From Candidatus Binatia bacterium (GTDB taxonomy: Bacteria; Desulfobacterota; Binatia; UBA1149): a DNA stretch of 64,000 nucleotides. The position numbers were made by a program, and so were the translations under genes. The notes beneath the pieces were generated by a model. That model made no database searches. It was given only the letters and a program-made list of their open reading frames with translations, and had not been told where the DNA came from. Below are positions 55,620 through 64,000 of this stretch, piece after piece. The DNA lies in contig JBHHVL010000002.1 in assembly GCA_046754245.1 (NCBI GenBank), positions 21,540-85,539 of the forward strand, read 5' to 3'. The number at the start of each line of letters is the position of its first letter. Position 1 is the first letter of the stretch.

Positions 55620-55952
55620 CTAGTCTTCAACAATCTCCAGCACGGCTCGACAGTTTGCACGTGATGCTGCAGCGTTGAGAATGGTCCGAAGAGACTTGGC
55701 CGTCCGCCCCTGTTTTCCTATCACCCTACCGAGGTCTTGTTTGTCTACGCGGAGTTCGAGCAAGGCCGACTCGTCGCTCTCGGTCTGGGTAACTTCGACG
55801 GCACTGGGGTTCGTGACCAGCTTCTGGGCAAGAAACTCGAGTAGCTCCTTGAGTTCTTTGCCCTGCGCCTTGACTCGTTCTAGATCGTCAGGCCGGTCTT
55901 CTTCATCAGGCTGGCCACTGTCTGCGATGGTTTCGCGCCCTTCTTCATCCAT
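55620..55952 (-). CDS. KH-domain RNA-binding protein (UPF0109/YlqC family)
   Basis: [20 protein letters not shown] ... [24 protein letters not shown]. The only canonical in-frame start is the ATG at 55952, which overlaps rpsP by 73 nt. Confidence 0.7.
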   Translation of the reverse strand: MDEEGRETIADSGQPDEEDRPDDLERVKAQGKELKELLEFLAQKLVTNPSAVEVTQTESDESALLELRVDKQDLGRVIGKQGRTAKSLRTILNAAASRANCRAVLEIVED

Positions 55953-56125
55953 TCGCTGATTTTCTCCCCGTCGAGATTCAACTCGGCCGGATCGGTTAGC
56001 GGGTTGTACGTTCCCAACACCGCCAGGTACCTGCCGTCCCTGGGAGAGCGCTCGTCTGCGACTACCACCCTGTAGAAGGGACGCTTCCGGGCCCCGCGTC
56101 TGGTTAATCTTATCGTCACTGCCAT
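55880..56125 (-). CDS. rpsP: 30S ribosomal protein S16
   Basis: [42 protein letters not shown]. Confidence 0.95.
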   Translation of the reverse strand: MAVTIRLTRRGARKRPFYRVVVADERSPRDGRYLAVLGTYNPLTDPAELNLDGEKISEWMKKGAKPSQTVASLMKKTGLTI

Positions 56126-56224
56126 CAAGTAGTTCCCGTTGCTTCAGCGTCCTCGATTTCAGCACTAGCGGGACGCTTTGTAAACACTAAGAGACCCGCG
56201 CCGATGCCCGGTCGGGTCGGGTCG

Positions 56225-56265
56225 AAAAAAAGGCCCTCCGGCCATGAGGAGCCAGAGGGCCTTTT
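56225..56265 (-). terminator. Rho-independent terminator downstream of groEL
   Basis: Stem AGGCCCTC...GAGGGCCT (56231..56238 / 56255..56262). Flanked by A7 on the plus strand, which is a U-run after the hairpin on the minus-strand transcript. TTTT also follows on the plus strand. Confidence 0.7.
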
Positions 56266-56286
56266 GCTGTGCATAAGGGCCGGAGG

Positions 56287-57972
<1,686 letters not shown>

Positions 57973-58263
57973 TTAAGATTCGACTACGCCGAGGATGTCG
58001 TCCTCGCGCATGATGATGTGTTCTACACCGTCGATGTTGATTTCGTTGCCAGCGTACTTTCCGAACAGCACGCTGTCTCCCTTTCTCAGGTCAGGTTTTA
58101 CAAGGGTGCCCCCCTCGGCGATCCGGCCCTTGCCAACGGCAACGACCTTACCTTCTTGGGGTTTTTCTTTGGCGGTATCGGGGATGATGATACCCCCGGC
58201 CGTCTTCTCTTCTTCCTTGATTCGCCTGACGATCACACGATCCTGCAAAGGACGAATGTTCAT
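57973..58263 (-). CDS. groS: Co-chaperonin GroES (Cpn10)
   Basis: [50 protein letters not shown] lies upstream of the ATG at 58263. Confidence 0.95.
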   Translation of the reverse strand: MNIRPLQDRVIVRRIKEEEKTAGGIIIPDTAKEKPQEGKVVAVGKGRIAEGGTLVKPDLRKGDSVLFGKYAGNEINIDGVEHIIMREDDILGVVES

Positions 58264-58355
58264 TTCTCGTGTCTTGCCTCCTAAAGCCTGATAGTTGAGC
58301 GCCTGCGCGCAACGGCCCGCCCGGGGTGGCCGACGGTCGCGCGTAAACCGAACGA

Positions 58356-58383
58356 AACTTAACGATGCTCCGTCTCTTGTCAA
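58356..58383 (-). promoter_or_regulatory. Candidate sigma70-type promoter for groES-groEL
   Basis: On the minus strand: TTGACA (58383..58378), a 16-nt spacer, then TAAGTT (58361..58356). Lies in the 140-nt gap upstream of groES. The -10 is weak and no CIRCE element is seen. Confidence 0.3.
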
Positions 58384-58403
58384 GGACAACCCTGAAAAAT
58401 GTT

Positions 58404-58673
58404 TCAGCGCCGCCGGGAAAGCTCCTCTTTGTACTGGCGGTAGAGGATATCCCACTCGCTGCTCCCCTCGACCACCGTTCGGCTCAGAGATCTGATGCGC
58501 GATCTTACCGCCCGGTCGAGTTCCGGATCCGACTGGTAGGCGGCCGATAACCGTTCGGATATCAGCCTCGCGGCCCTCCCCTCGTCTCTGACGTTGACTC
58601 CGGGGCAGGCTTTGAGAGCCTTGACGACCGCCAGGACGATGGCCTCGACGCGCTGGTCACCGAGGCGGCTCAC
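58404..58673 (-). CDS. DUF507-like small protein
   Basis: C-terminal [17 protein letters not shown] resembles the DUF507 family, from memory only. Confidence 0.5.
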   Translation of the reverse strand: MSRLGDQRVEAIVLAVVKALKACPGVNVRDEGRAARLISERLSAAYQSDPELDRAVRSRIRSLSRTVVEGSSEWDILYRQYKEELSRRR

Positions 58674-58948
58674 AGCACGAAACCCCGGCGTTTGGCGATC
58701 CTATCGCGAATACCCCTGAGGAGGGTGTCCTTGTCCATTCCCGAGACCGACGACCTCAGCGACGCGAGGGTGGCCTCGGCTTCTCGATTGATCTCGGCTT
58801 CAGTCGCGAAGTTCTGGGCTATGGCCCCGGCTATGGCCGCCGCGACGGTTCGCTGCTCGCCCTCGACGATGGCCGGCGACGCTTTGAGCAACTCGACAGC
58901 TATGGCGGCCGCGAGCTCGGCGAGCTGGCCATCTGCAGCGGAACCCAT
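58670..58948 (-). CDS. DUF507-like small protein (second, tandem)
   Basis: ATG at 58948 (MGSAADGQLAELAAAIAVELLK...). Has a 4-nt overlap with the downstream DUF507-like gene. The longer ORF N-terminus is Arg/Ser/Pro-rich and antisense to ldcA. Confidence 0.4.
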   Translation of the reverse strand: MGSAADGQLAELAAAIAVELLKASPAIVEGEQRTVAAAIAGAIAQNFATEAEINREAEATLASLRSSVSGMDKDTLLRGIRDRIAKRRGFVL

Positions 58949-59060
58949 GGCCGCGACCTTAACCGACGCCGACGATAGAAGCGAGGCTGGGAGGGGACTG
59001 CGTTGAGCCCAGTCCTCATCCCTGATAGCGAAATGGGACAGAACCCGGAGGTGGGCTGAC

Positions 59061-59966
59061 GTGGTAGTCAAAGCGGTTCCATTGGAACCCGGAGATAGGG
59101 TGGCTGTGGTTGCCCCAGCTGGCGTCTGTGACCCCCTGCGCCTTGCCTCGGGCGTTCGGTTGCTCGGGGAATGGGGCCTGGAGGTGGAAGACCTCACCGG
59201 GACCTCACCGGTCCGGTACATGGCGGGCACCGATGGCGAAAGGACATCTCTTCTCGAGCAGGCTTTCTCGCGGCCGGACCTGAGGGCGGTACTCGCGGCC
59301 CGCGGCGGTTTCGGGTCGACCCGCTTGCAGGGGCGCTTCGACATGGCACGGGTCGCCGACAACCCGCGCATGTTCGTCGGTTTCAGCGACCTCTCCATTT
59401 TGCTCAACCGATTCGTCAAAGAGGCGAATTTGGTCTGCTATCACGGACCCATGATCGCCGCCGACCTACTCAGGATTTCGCGCCGTGGACGAGAGAGTTT
59501 CCGGCGTTTTCTTTTCGGTGAATCGGGTTGGTGGGACGGGCGAGCCAGGGAGTGCTGGAGGCCCGGGAGCGCCGAGGGACAGCTCAGGGGGGGCTGCCTG
59601 TCGGTGCTGGTAACCACGCTCGGAACAGCCGCGGAGATCGAAACCGACGGATGCATCCTGTTCCTCGAGGACGTCGCCGAGAAGCCCTACCGCATCGATC
59701 GTATGATGACGCACCTGCGCCAGGCCGGTAAGTTCCGCCGCGTAGCCGGCGTCGTGCTGGGACCGATGACCGATTGCGATGATCACCAGGGGCCGTCCCT
59801 GCTCCGGGACATAGTAATGGAAGCCCTCGACGGGACGGACTGTCCGGTGGTGTGGGGTCTTCAAGCCGGGCACGGCTGCGACAACGTGGTGCTTCCCTTC
59901 GGCTGCCGCGTGAGGCTAGACGCCAGCGCGCCGGGCCTCGAGCTGCTCGAGGAGGCTCTCGCTTGA
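59061..59966 (+). CDS. ldcA: LD-carboxypeptidase (peptidase S66, muramoyltetrapeptide carboxypeptidase)
   Basis: GDRVAVVAPAG ... ARGGFGSTRL ... nucleophile GFSDLS ... C-terminal GHG. Confidence 0.85.
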   Translation: MVVKAVPLEPGDRVAVVAPAGVCDPLRLASGVRLLGEWGLEVEDLTGTSPVRYMAGTDGERTSLLEQAFSRPDLRAVLAARGGFGSTRLQGRFDMARVADNPRMFVGFSDLSILLNRFVKEANLVCYHGPMIAADLLRISRRGRESFRRFLFGESGWWDGRARECWRPGSAEGQLRGGCLSVLVTTLGTAAEIETDGCILFLEDVAEKPYRIDRMMTHLRQAGKFRRVAGVVLGPMTDCDDHQGPSLLRDIVMEALDGTDCPVVWGLQAGHGCDNVVLPFGCRVRLDASAPGLELLEEALA

Positions 59967-61177
59967 TGACCCGGGATTCCTGGGCCCCGGTGGACGGGGT
60001 CCTGGACGAGGCCTTGTCGGCGGCGGTTACACCGGCGGCGGTGCTGCTCGTCGCTCGCGATGAGGAAATCCTTCTTGAGCGTTCGCGGGGACGGATGGGG
60101 CTGGGCGAGGCGGCCGGCGACGATACCGCGACGAGTACCGCCACGGTCTTCGACCTCGCTTCGCTGACCAAGCCACTGGTCACCGTGCCCTGCTTGCTGG
60201 TCCTGATGGCACGCGGCCAGCTCTCGCTGGAAGACCGGGTCGCGGATTATCTGGAGGCCTTTGCCACGGGTTCCCACTCGCCTCGCTGGGACCGAGGCAG
60301 CGTTCGCGTCCGAGACCTCCTCAGCCACAGCTCCGGCTTGCCGGACTGGCGGCCGTACTATCTAGAAATCGAGCTGGGAACTCGTGGCGCTTCGGCTTGT
60401 GTTGTGGACCCACAGGCTCGCGCGAGGGTAATTCGGGCTGTGACTGCAGAGCCCCTGGTTTACCAGCCGGGCACGCGGTCGCTTTACAGCGACCTGGGCT
60501 TCATCCTGCTCGGTCGCATCGTCGAACTGGTCACGGGGCAGAGTCTCGAGGCTTTCGCTCGCGATACCCTGTTTGAACCCTTGGGGTTCGAGGCAACGGG
60601 TTTTGTGCCGAGCTCCCGGGCCGACCAGCCGCCAGCGGCTCCCACGGTGGGCGATGTCGCGCCCTGTGGCCTGTGCCCCTGGAGAGGGATGGTGGTGCGG
60701 GGGCAGGTTCAGGACGAGAACGCCTGGGCGATGGGAGGGGTGGCTGGCCACGCCGGGCTGTTCTCTGTCGCTCGCGAAGTGCACCTCCTGGTTCTCGAGC
60801 ACCTGCGGGCGCTTCGAGGAAAGTCCGCTATACTCGAGGGTGAGTTCGTCGAACTCGCCTGGCGCCGCCGCCGCGACGATCCGCGACGGACCTGGGCTCT
60901 GGGCTGGGATACCCCATCGGCACAGGGCTCGACCGGCGGGGGTTTGATATCGAGGGATTCCGTTGGGCATCTCGGCTACACGGGCTGCTCGCTGTGGGTC
61001 GACCGGGCGCGCGGGGTTCACGTGGTACTGCTCACCAACAGGGTCCATCCACACCCCAAGAATCGGGCGATAGCCAGACTGCGACCACTGTTGCACGACG
61101 CGGTCTTCGGCGTCATCGACGCCGCTGTCGGGCGGGGCGAACCGTACGCGAGGGCAGGGGAGACGACGCGTGTCTAG
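59966..61177 (+). CDS. Beta-lactamase-family serine hydrolase (class C/PBP-like)
   Basis: The ATG overlaps the ldcA stop (TGATG). SxxK motif (FDLASLTKPLVT), YSD(L) second motif, and HLGYTG third motif. Confidence 0.8.
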   Translation: MTRDSWAPVDGVLDEALSAAVTPAAVLLVARDEEILLERSRGRMGLGEAAGDDTATSTATVFDLASLTKPLVTVPCLLVLMARGQLSLEDRVADYLEAFATGSHSPRWDRGSVRVRDLLSHSSGLPDWRPYYLEIELGTRGASACVVDPQARARVIRAVTAEPLVYQPGTRSLYSDLGFILLGRIVELVTGQSLEAFARDTLFEPLGFEATGFVPSSRADQPPAAPTVGDVAPCGLCPWRGMVVRGQVQDENAWAMGGVAGHAGLFSVAREVHLLVLEHLRALRGKSAILEGEFVELAWRRRRDDPRRTWALGWDTPSAQGSTGGGLISRDSVGHLGYTGCSLWVDRARGVHVVLLTNRVHPHPKNRAIARLRPLLHDAVFGVIDAAVGRGEPYARAGETTRV

Positions 61178-62585
61178 GGATCGGATACACATGGTGGCGA
61201 TATGTGGGGTTGGGATGGCGCCGCTCGCGGTCATGCTCAAGGAGGCCGGCTACAGGGTCACCGGCTCGGACAAGGCCGCCTACCCTCCGATGGGCGAGGT
61301 GCTGGCCGAGGCGGACCTGGTGGTCATGGACGGTTTTTCGGCCGCCCACCTCGAACCTTCGCCGGACGTGGTGGTGATCGGAAACGCGGTAACGCGGGAC
61401 AATCCCGAGGCCGTTGCGGTAGAGGAACGTGGCCTGACGAGGCTGTCGTTTCCCGCGGCGGTGGCCCGGTATTTCCTCGCCGACCGTGAGAGCTTGGTCG
61501 TTGCCGGGACCCACGGCAAGACCACGACCACCGGCATGCTGGCGAGGGCCCTGCAACAAGCCGGTCTGGAACCGGGCTATCTCGTCGGCGGCCTGGTGGA
61601 TGATCTGGGCAAGCTCGCCGACGCGGGTTCTGCGGGTTCCTATTTCGTGATCGAAGGCGACGAATACGACTCCGCGTATTTCGACAAGGGGCCCAAGTTC
61701 CTGCACTACCGGCCGCGAGCAGGAATAGTCACGAGCCTGGAGTTCGACCACGCCGACATCTACCGTGACCTCGATCACGTCAAGTCGTCTTTCACCAGGT
61801 TCGGAGAACTCCTTCCCCAGGGGGCCCCGTTGTTGGTATGTGCCGACTACCCGGACCTGATCGACGCCGTCGAAGGGTCGACCCCCGCCTCGGTGGTGAG
61901 CTACGGTATGGGCGACCACGGGCTCTGGAGGCCCTCGGATCTGGTCCACGGTCGCGAGGGGGTTTCGTTCCGACCCCGCTACCGGGCGAGAGCCGAGCCG
62001 CCGATAACAATGCGGCTCCACGGCGAAATGAACGTCCTCAACGCGCTCGCGGTTTACGGCCTGTGCCGTGAACTGGAAGTTGACGCGGACGCCGTCCGGG
62101 AGGCCCTGGCGAACTACCGGGGCGCCGCCAGGCGCCAGCAGCTCCTGGGCGACGTCGCGGGGGTTACCGTCATAGACGATTTCGCCCACCACCCCACCGC
62201 GGTTCAGGCTACGCTCGAGGCCATACGCAAGGCCTATCCCGCGCGACGGATATGGGCTGTGTTCGAGCCGCGTTCCAACACCAGTCGGCGCTCGGTGTTC
62301 CAGACCCACTACGGCGCGGCGCTCGCCACCGCCGACCGCGTCGCTCTCAGCGCGGTCTTCAGCAAGGAAAACGACCCCCTGGATAGAGCCGAGATGCTGT
62401 CGACTGAAGGCCTGGTCGCCGATCTGGGCCTAGCCGGGGTTCCGGCCTGGGAGGCGCAGGGGCCGGACGAGATTCTGGCCGGGTTGCTCGAGGAGGTGGA
62501 GGCGGGCGACGTTGTGGTCCTGATGTCCAACGGCGCCTTCGGTGGCCTCCCGCGTCGTCTCATCGACGCCTTGGCTAGACGTTGA
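61170..62585 (+). CDS. mpl: UDP-N-acetylmuramate:L-alanyl-gamma-D-glutamyl-meso-DAP ligase
   Basis: ICGVGMAPLAVMLKEAGYRVTGSDKAAYPPM (the YPPM motif is typical of Mpl) and the Mur-ligase P-loop GTHGKTTTT. Confidence 0.85.
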   Translation: MSRDRIHMVAICGVGMAPLAVMLKEAGYRVTGSDKAAYPPMGEVLAEADLVVMDGFSAAHLEPSPDVVVIGNAVTRDNPEAVAVEERGLTRLSFPAAVARYFLADRESLVVAGTHGKTTTTGMLARALQQAGLEPGYLVGGLVDDLGKLADAGSAGSYFVIEGDEYDSAYFDKGPKFLHYRPRAGIVTSLEFDHADIYRDLDHVKSSFTRFGELLPQGAPLLVCADYPDLIDAVEGSTPASVVSYGMGDHGLWRPSDLVHGREGVSFRPRYRARAEPPITMRLHGEMNVLNALAVYGLCRELEVDADAVREALANYRGAARRQQLLGDVAGVTVIDDFAHHPTAVQATLEAIRKAYPARRIWAVFEPRSNTSRRSVFQTHYGAALATADRVALSAVFSKENDPLDRAEMLSTEGLVADLGLAGVPAWEAQGPDEILAGLLEEVEAGDVVVLMSNGAFGGLPRRLIDALARR

Positions 62586-64000
62586 ATCGTACAGTCGGCG
62601 GTAGTTCCTGGCGTTCTTGAGCACTTTCTTCACGTAGTTTCGGGTCTCTCGATAAGAGATTCGCTCGATGAATTCGTCTTCCTCGAGGCCTATGAGGCGG
62701 TTTTGCCAGCGGGCGGCCGCGTTCTCCCCGGCGTTGTATCCGGCGAGCATCAGGACGGGGTTCGCGTCGAACTCGGCTGCGAGCTTGGCGAGATAGGCGG
62801 TGCCAAGCGCGATGTTGACCTCCGGTTTGAAGAGGTCGCTGCGTTCAACCGTCGCCAACCCAGCGCGGGGGGCGGTACGTTTTGCGGTGGGCAGGAGTAG
62901 CTGCATCAACCCGAAGGCCGAGGACGGCGAGGTCGCGTTCGGATCGAAGGCGCTCTCTTGTTTCATGAGGCCGTAGATCAACCAGGGATCGAGTCCGTGC
63001 TGGGCGGCTTCGCGCTGGACGATTCCTCGATAGGCTTCAGGGTACAAGAACGCGTAGAGGTGGTTGTCACCCAGGGTCCCCTTTCGGTAAAGGTCCAGGG
63101 CTACGCGCATGGCCCGGTTGTACGCACCCGCTTCGAGGAGAACGGGGAGCAGCGCGAGCCGGGCGTCCTTGCTGGCCGGATAGGGAAGCGCGCCGATTTC
63201 GGCTACGGCGTAGTGGCCGAGCCCGGCCAGCCTCAGGGCCTGCACCCGGTGAACGGCGCGGCGCAGATCCGGCGGCAAGGAGACGGCGCCGGTCTTCAGA
63301 CTCTCGGGCCGTGGCGCAGGCGCCAGGAAGCCACGGTGTTTCTCGACGAGGTAAGCGTAGAAGCCGTCCGGGAACTCTTCGACGAGGGTCGCGTAGACGG
63401 CCCTAGCCTCGTCCAGATGGCCGCCGGCTTTCTCCAGCGACCGGGCACGCCAGTACAGGGCTTCTTCCCTTCCCGACGGCGACGCCGACTTGGCCCTGCC
63501 CGCCGCCCGACTCGGGGGAGGCACCGAGTCAGCGAGGCGCCCGAACTTCCAGGCCGCGCCGCTATAGTTTCCCGCGCGATAGGAGGCCCAGCCGGCTCGC
63601 CAGGCCCCTTGTTTGGCCAGCTCGGGGTCCGGACCCGCTTCGGCGCGCCGGTATTCCGCCGCCGCCTGGTTGTAGCGACGGGCCGATTCGTGAATGCGTC
63701 CGGCGGCGTAGTGCGCCTTCTGCTCCTCGTCGAGCCCCGATCCCAGTTCGAGAAACGAAACGAATCTGTCGAGGGCGCGATCGTTGTCGTGACCGTTCCA
63801 GCTGTAGACCGCCGATTCGTAGACGAGTCTCGCCTTCATCCGAAGAGAAGTCGCCTTGTCTGCCCTGGTCTGGAGCCACCACGCGGCGGCGGGCTTGCCG
63901 TTCTTGTTGGCCAGTGCTCGCGCTCGCTTGATGGTGGCGTCGAGGTATCTTCTGTCCCCGGGGTAGTCTCGCAGGAATTCGTCGAGCGCTCTGATCTGAT
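62430..64000 (-). CDS. Soluble lytic murein transglycosylase (Slt70-like), 5' partial at the window edge
   Basis: Superhelical N-domain and an SLT catalytic domain (MKQESAFDPNATSPSSAFGLMQLL ... AGYNAGENAA). The frame is open through 64000. The 3' tail overlaps mpl by 156 nt. Confidence 0.8.
   Translation of the reverse strand, partial: QIRALDEFLRDYPGDRRYLDATIKRARALANKNGKPAAAWWLQTRADKATSLRMKARLVYESAVYSWNGHDNDRALDRFVSFLELGSGLDEEQKAHYAAGRIHESARRYNQAAAEYRRAEAGPDPELAKQGAWRAGWASYRAGNYSGAAWKFGRLADSVPPPSRAAGRAKSASPSGREEALYWRARSLEKAGGHLDEARAVYATLVEEFPDGFYAYLVEKHRGFLAPAPRPESLKTGAVSLPPDLRRAVHRVQALRLAGLGHYAVAEIGALPYPASKDARLALLPVLLEAGAYNRAMRVALDLYRKGTLGDNHLYAFLYPEAYRGIVQREAAQHGLDPWLIYGLMKQESAFDPNATSPSSAFGLMQLLLPTAKRTAPRAGLATVERSDLFKPEVNIALGTAYLAKLAAEFDANPVLMLAGYNAGENAAARWQNRLIGLEEDEFIERISYRETRNYVKKVLKNARNYRRLYDSTSSQGVDETTREATEGAVGHQDHNVARLHLLEQPGQNLVRPLRLPGRNPG

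Noticed and set aside
55620-55622. TAG between the KH and rimM genes as pyrrolysine
   Set aside because: No pyl genes or methylamine methyltransferases are in view, and the context is a housekeeping operon. I reported only the missing-start problem.
58264-58403. CIRCE (HrcA operator) or a sigma32 promoter upstream of groES
   Set aside because: No TTAGCACTC-N9-GAGTGCTAA-like inverted repeat is present. There is only a TTGACA -35 with a weak -10, and an unrelated imperfect hairpin (TTGCGCGC-AG-GCGCTCAA on the mRNA).
61113-62309. 398-aa minus-strand ORF
   Set aside because: It is antisense to mpl (Mur-ligase motifs on the plus strand). It is Arg/Gly/Val-rich with no recognisable motif.

Overview
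GC-rich bacterial chromosomal segment. The gene content looks like a Gram-negative, deltaproteobacteria-like or uncultured lineage, but taxonomy cannot be settled from this window. About 65 tightly packed protein genes lie on both strands, many with 4-nt start/stop overlaps. By eye I found no rRNA, tRNA, CRISPR array, transposase or integrase. The housekeeping backbone includes rpsP-KH-rimM-trmD-(SPOUT methyltransferase)-rplS, groES-groEL, asd, miaB, moaB-moaD-moaE, mgtE, nth, panE, a five-gene peptide/nickel-type ABC importer, and a peptidoglycan-recycling cluster (ldcA, serine hydrolase, mpl, slt). Main findings: (1) A lipoprotein DsbA-family oxidoreductase is split by an in-frame TGA exactly at the first Cys of its CxxC motif, with a hairpin 16 nt downstream. 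This is most simply read as a selenocysteine UxxC protein with a SECIS-like element. (2) An ExbB-ExbD-ExbD operon has no TonB/TolA gene. Its first gene instead encodes a protein with a TonB-like S-x3-H-x6-L-x3-T membrane anchor fused to a von Willebrand A domain, and its last gene encodes a secreted TPR protein. (3) An orphan CbbQ/NorQ-type AAA+ plus CbbO/NorD-type VWA pair is translationally coupled to a zinc-ribbon/TM/TPR protein, with no Rubisco or NO-reductase genes nearby. (4) MoaD carries a 7-residue tail after its Gly-Gly, and a stand-alone JAMM/MPN+ protease lies 3.4 kb away. (5) Several genes have frameshifts or lack a canonical start codon. Start codons are inferred by eye, and family assignments rest on recognised motifs, not database searches.
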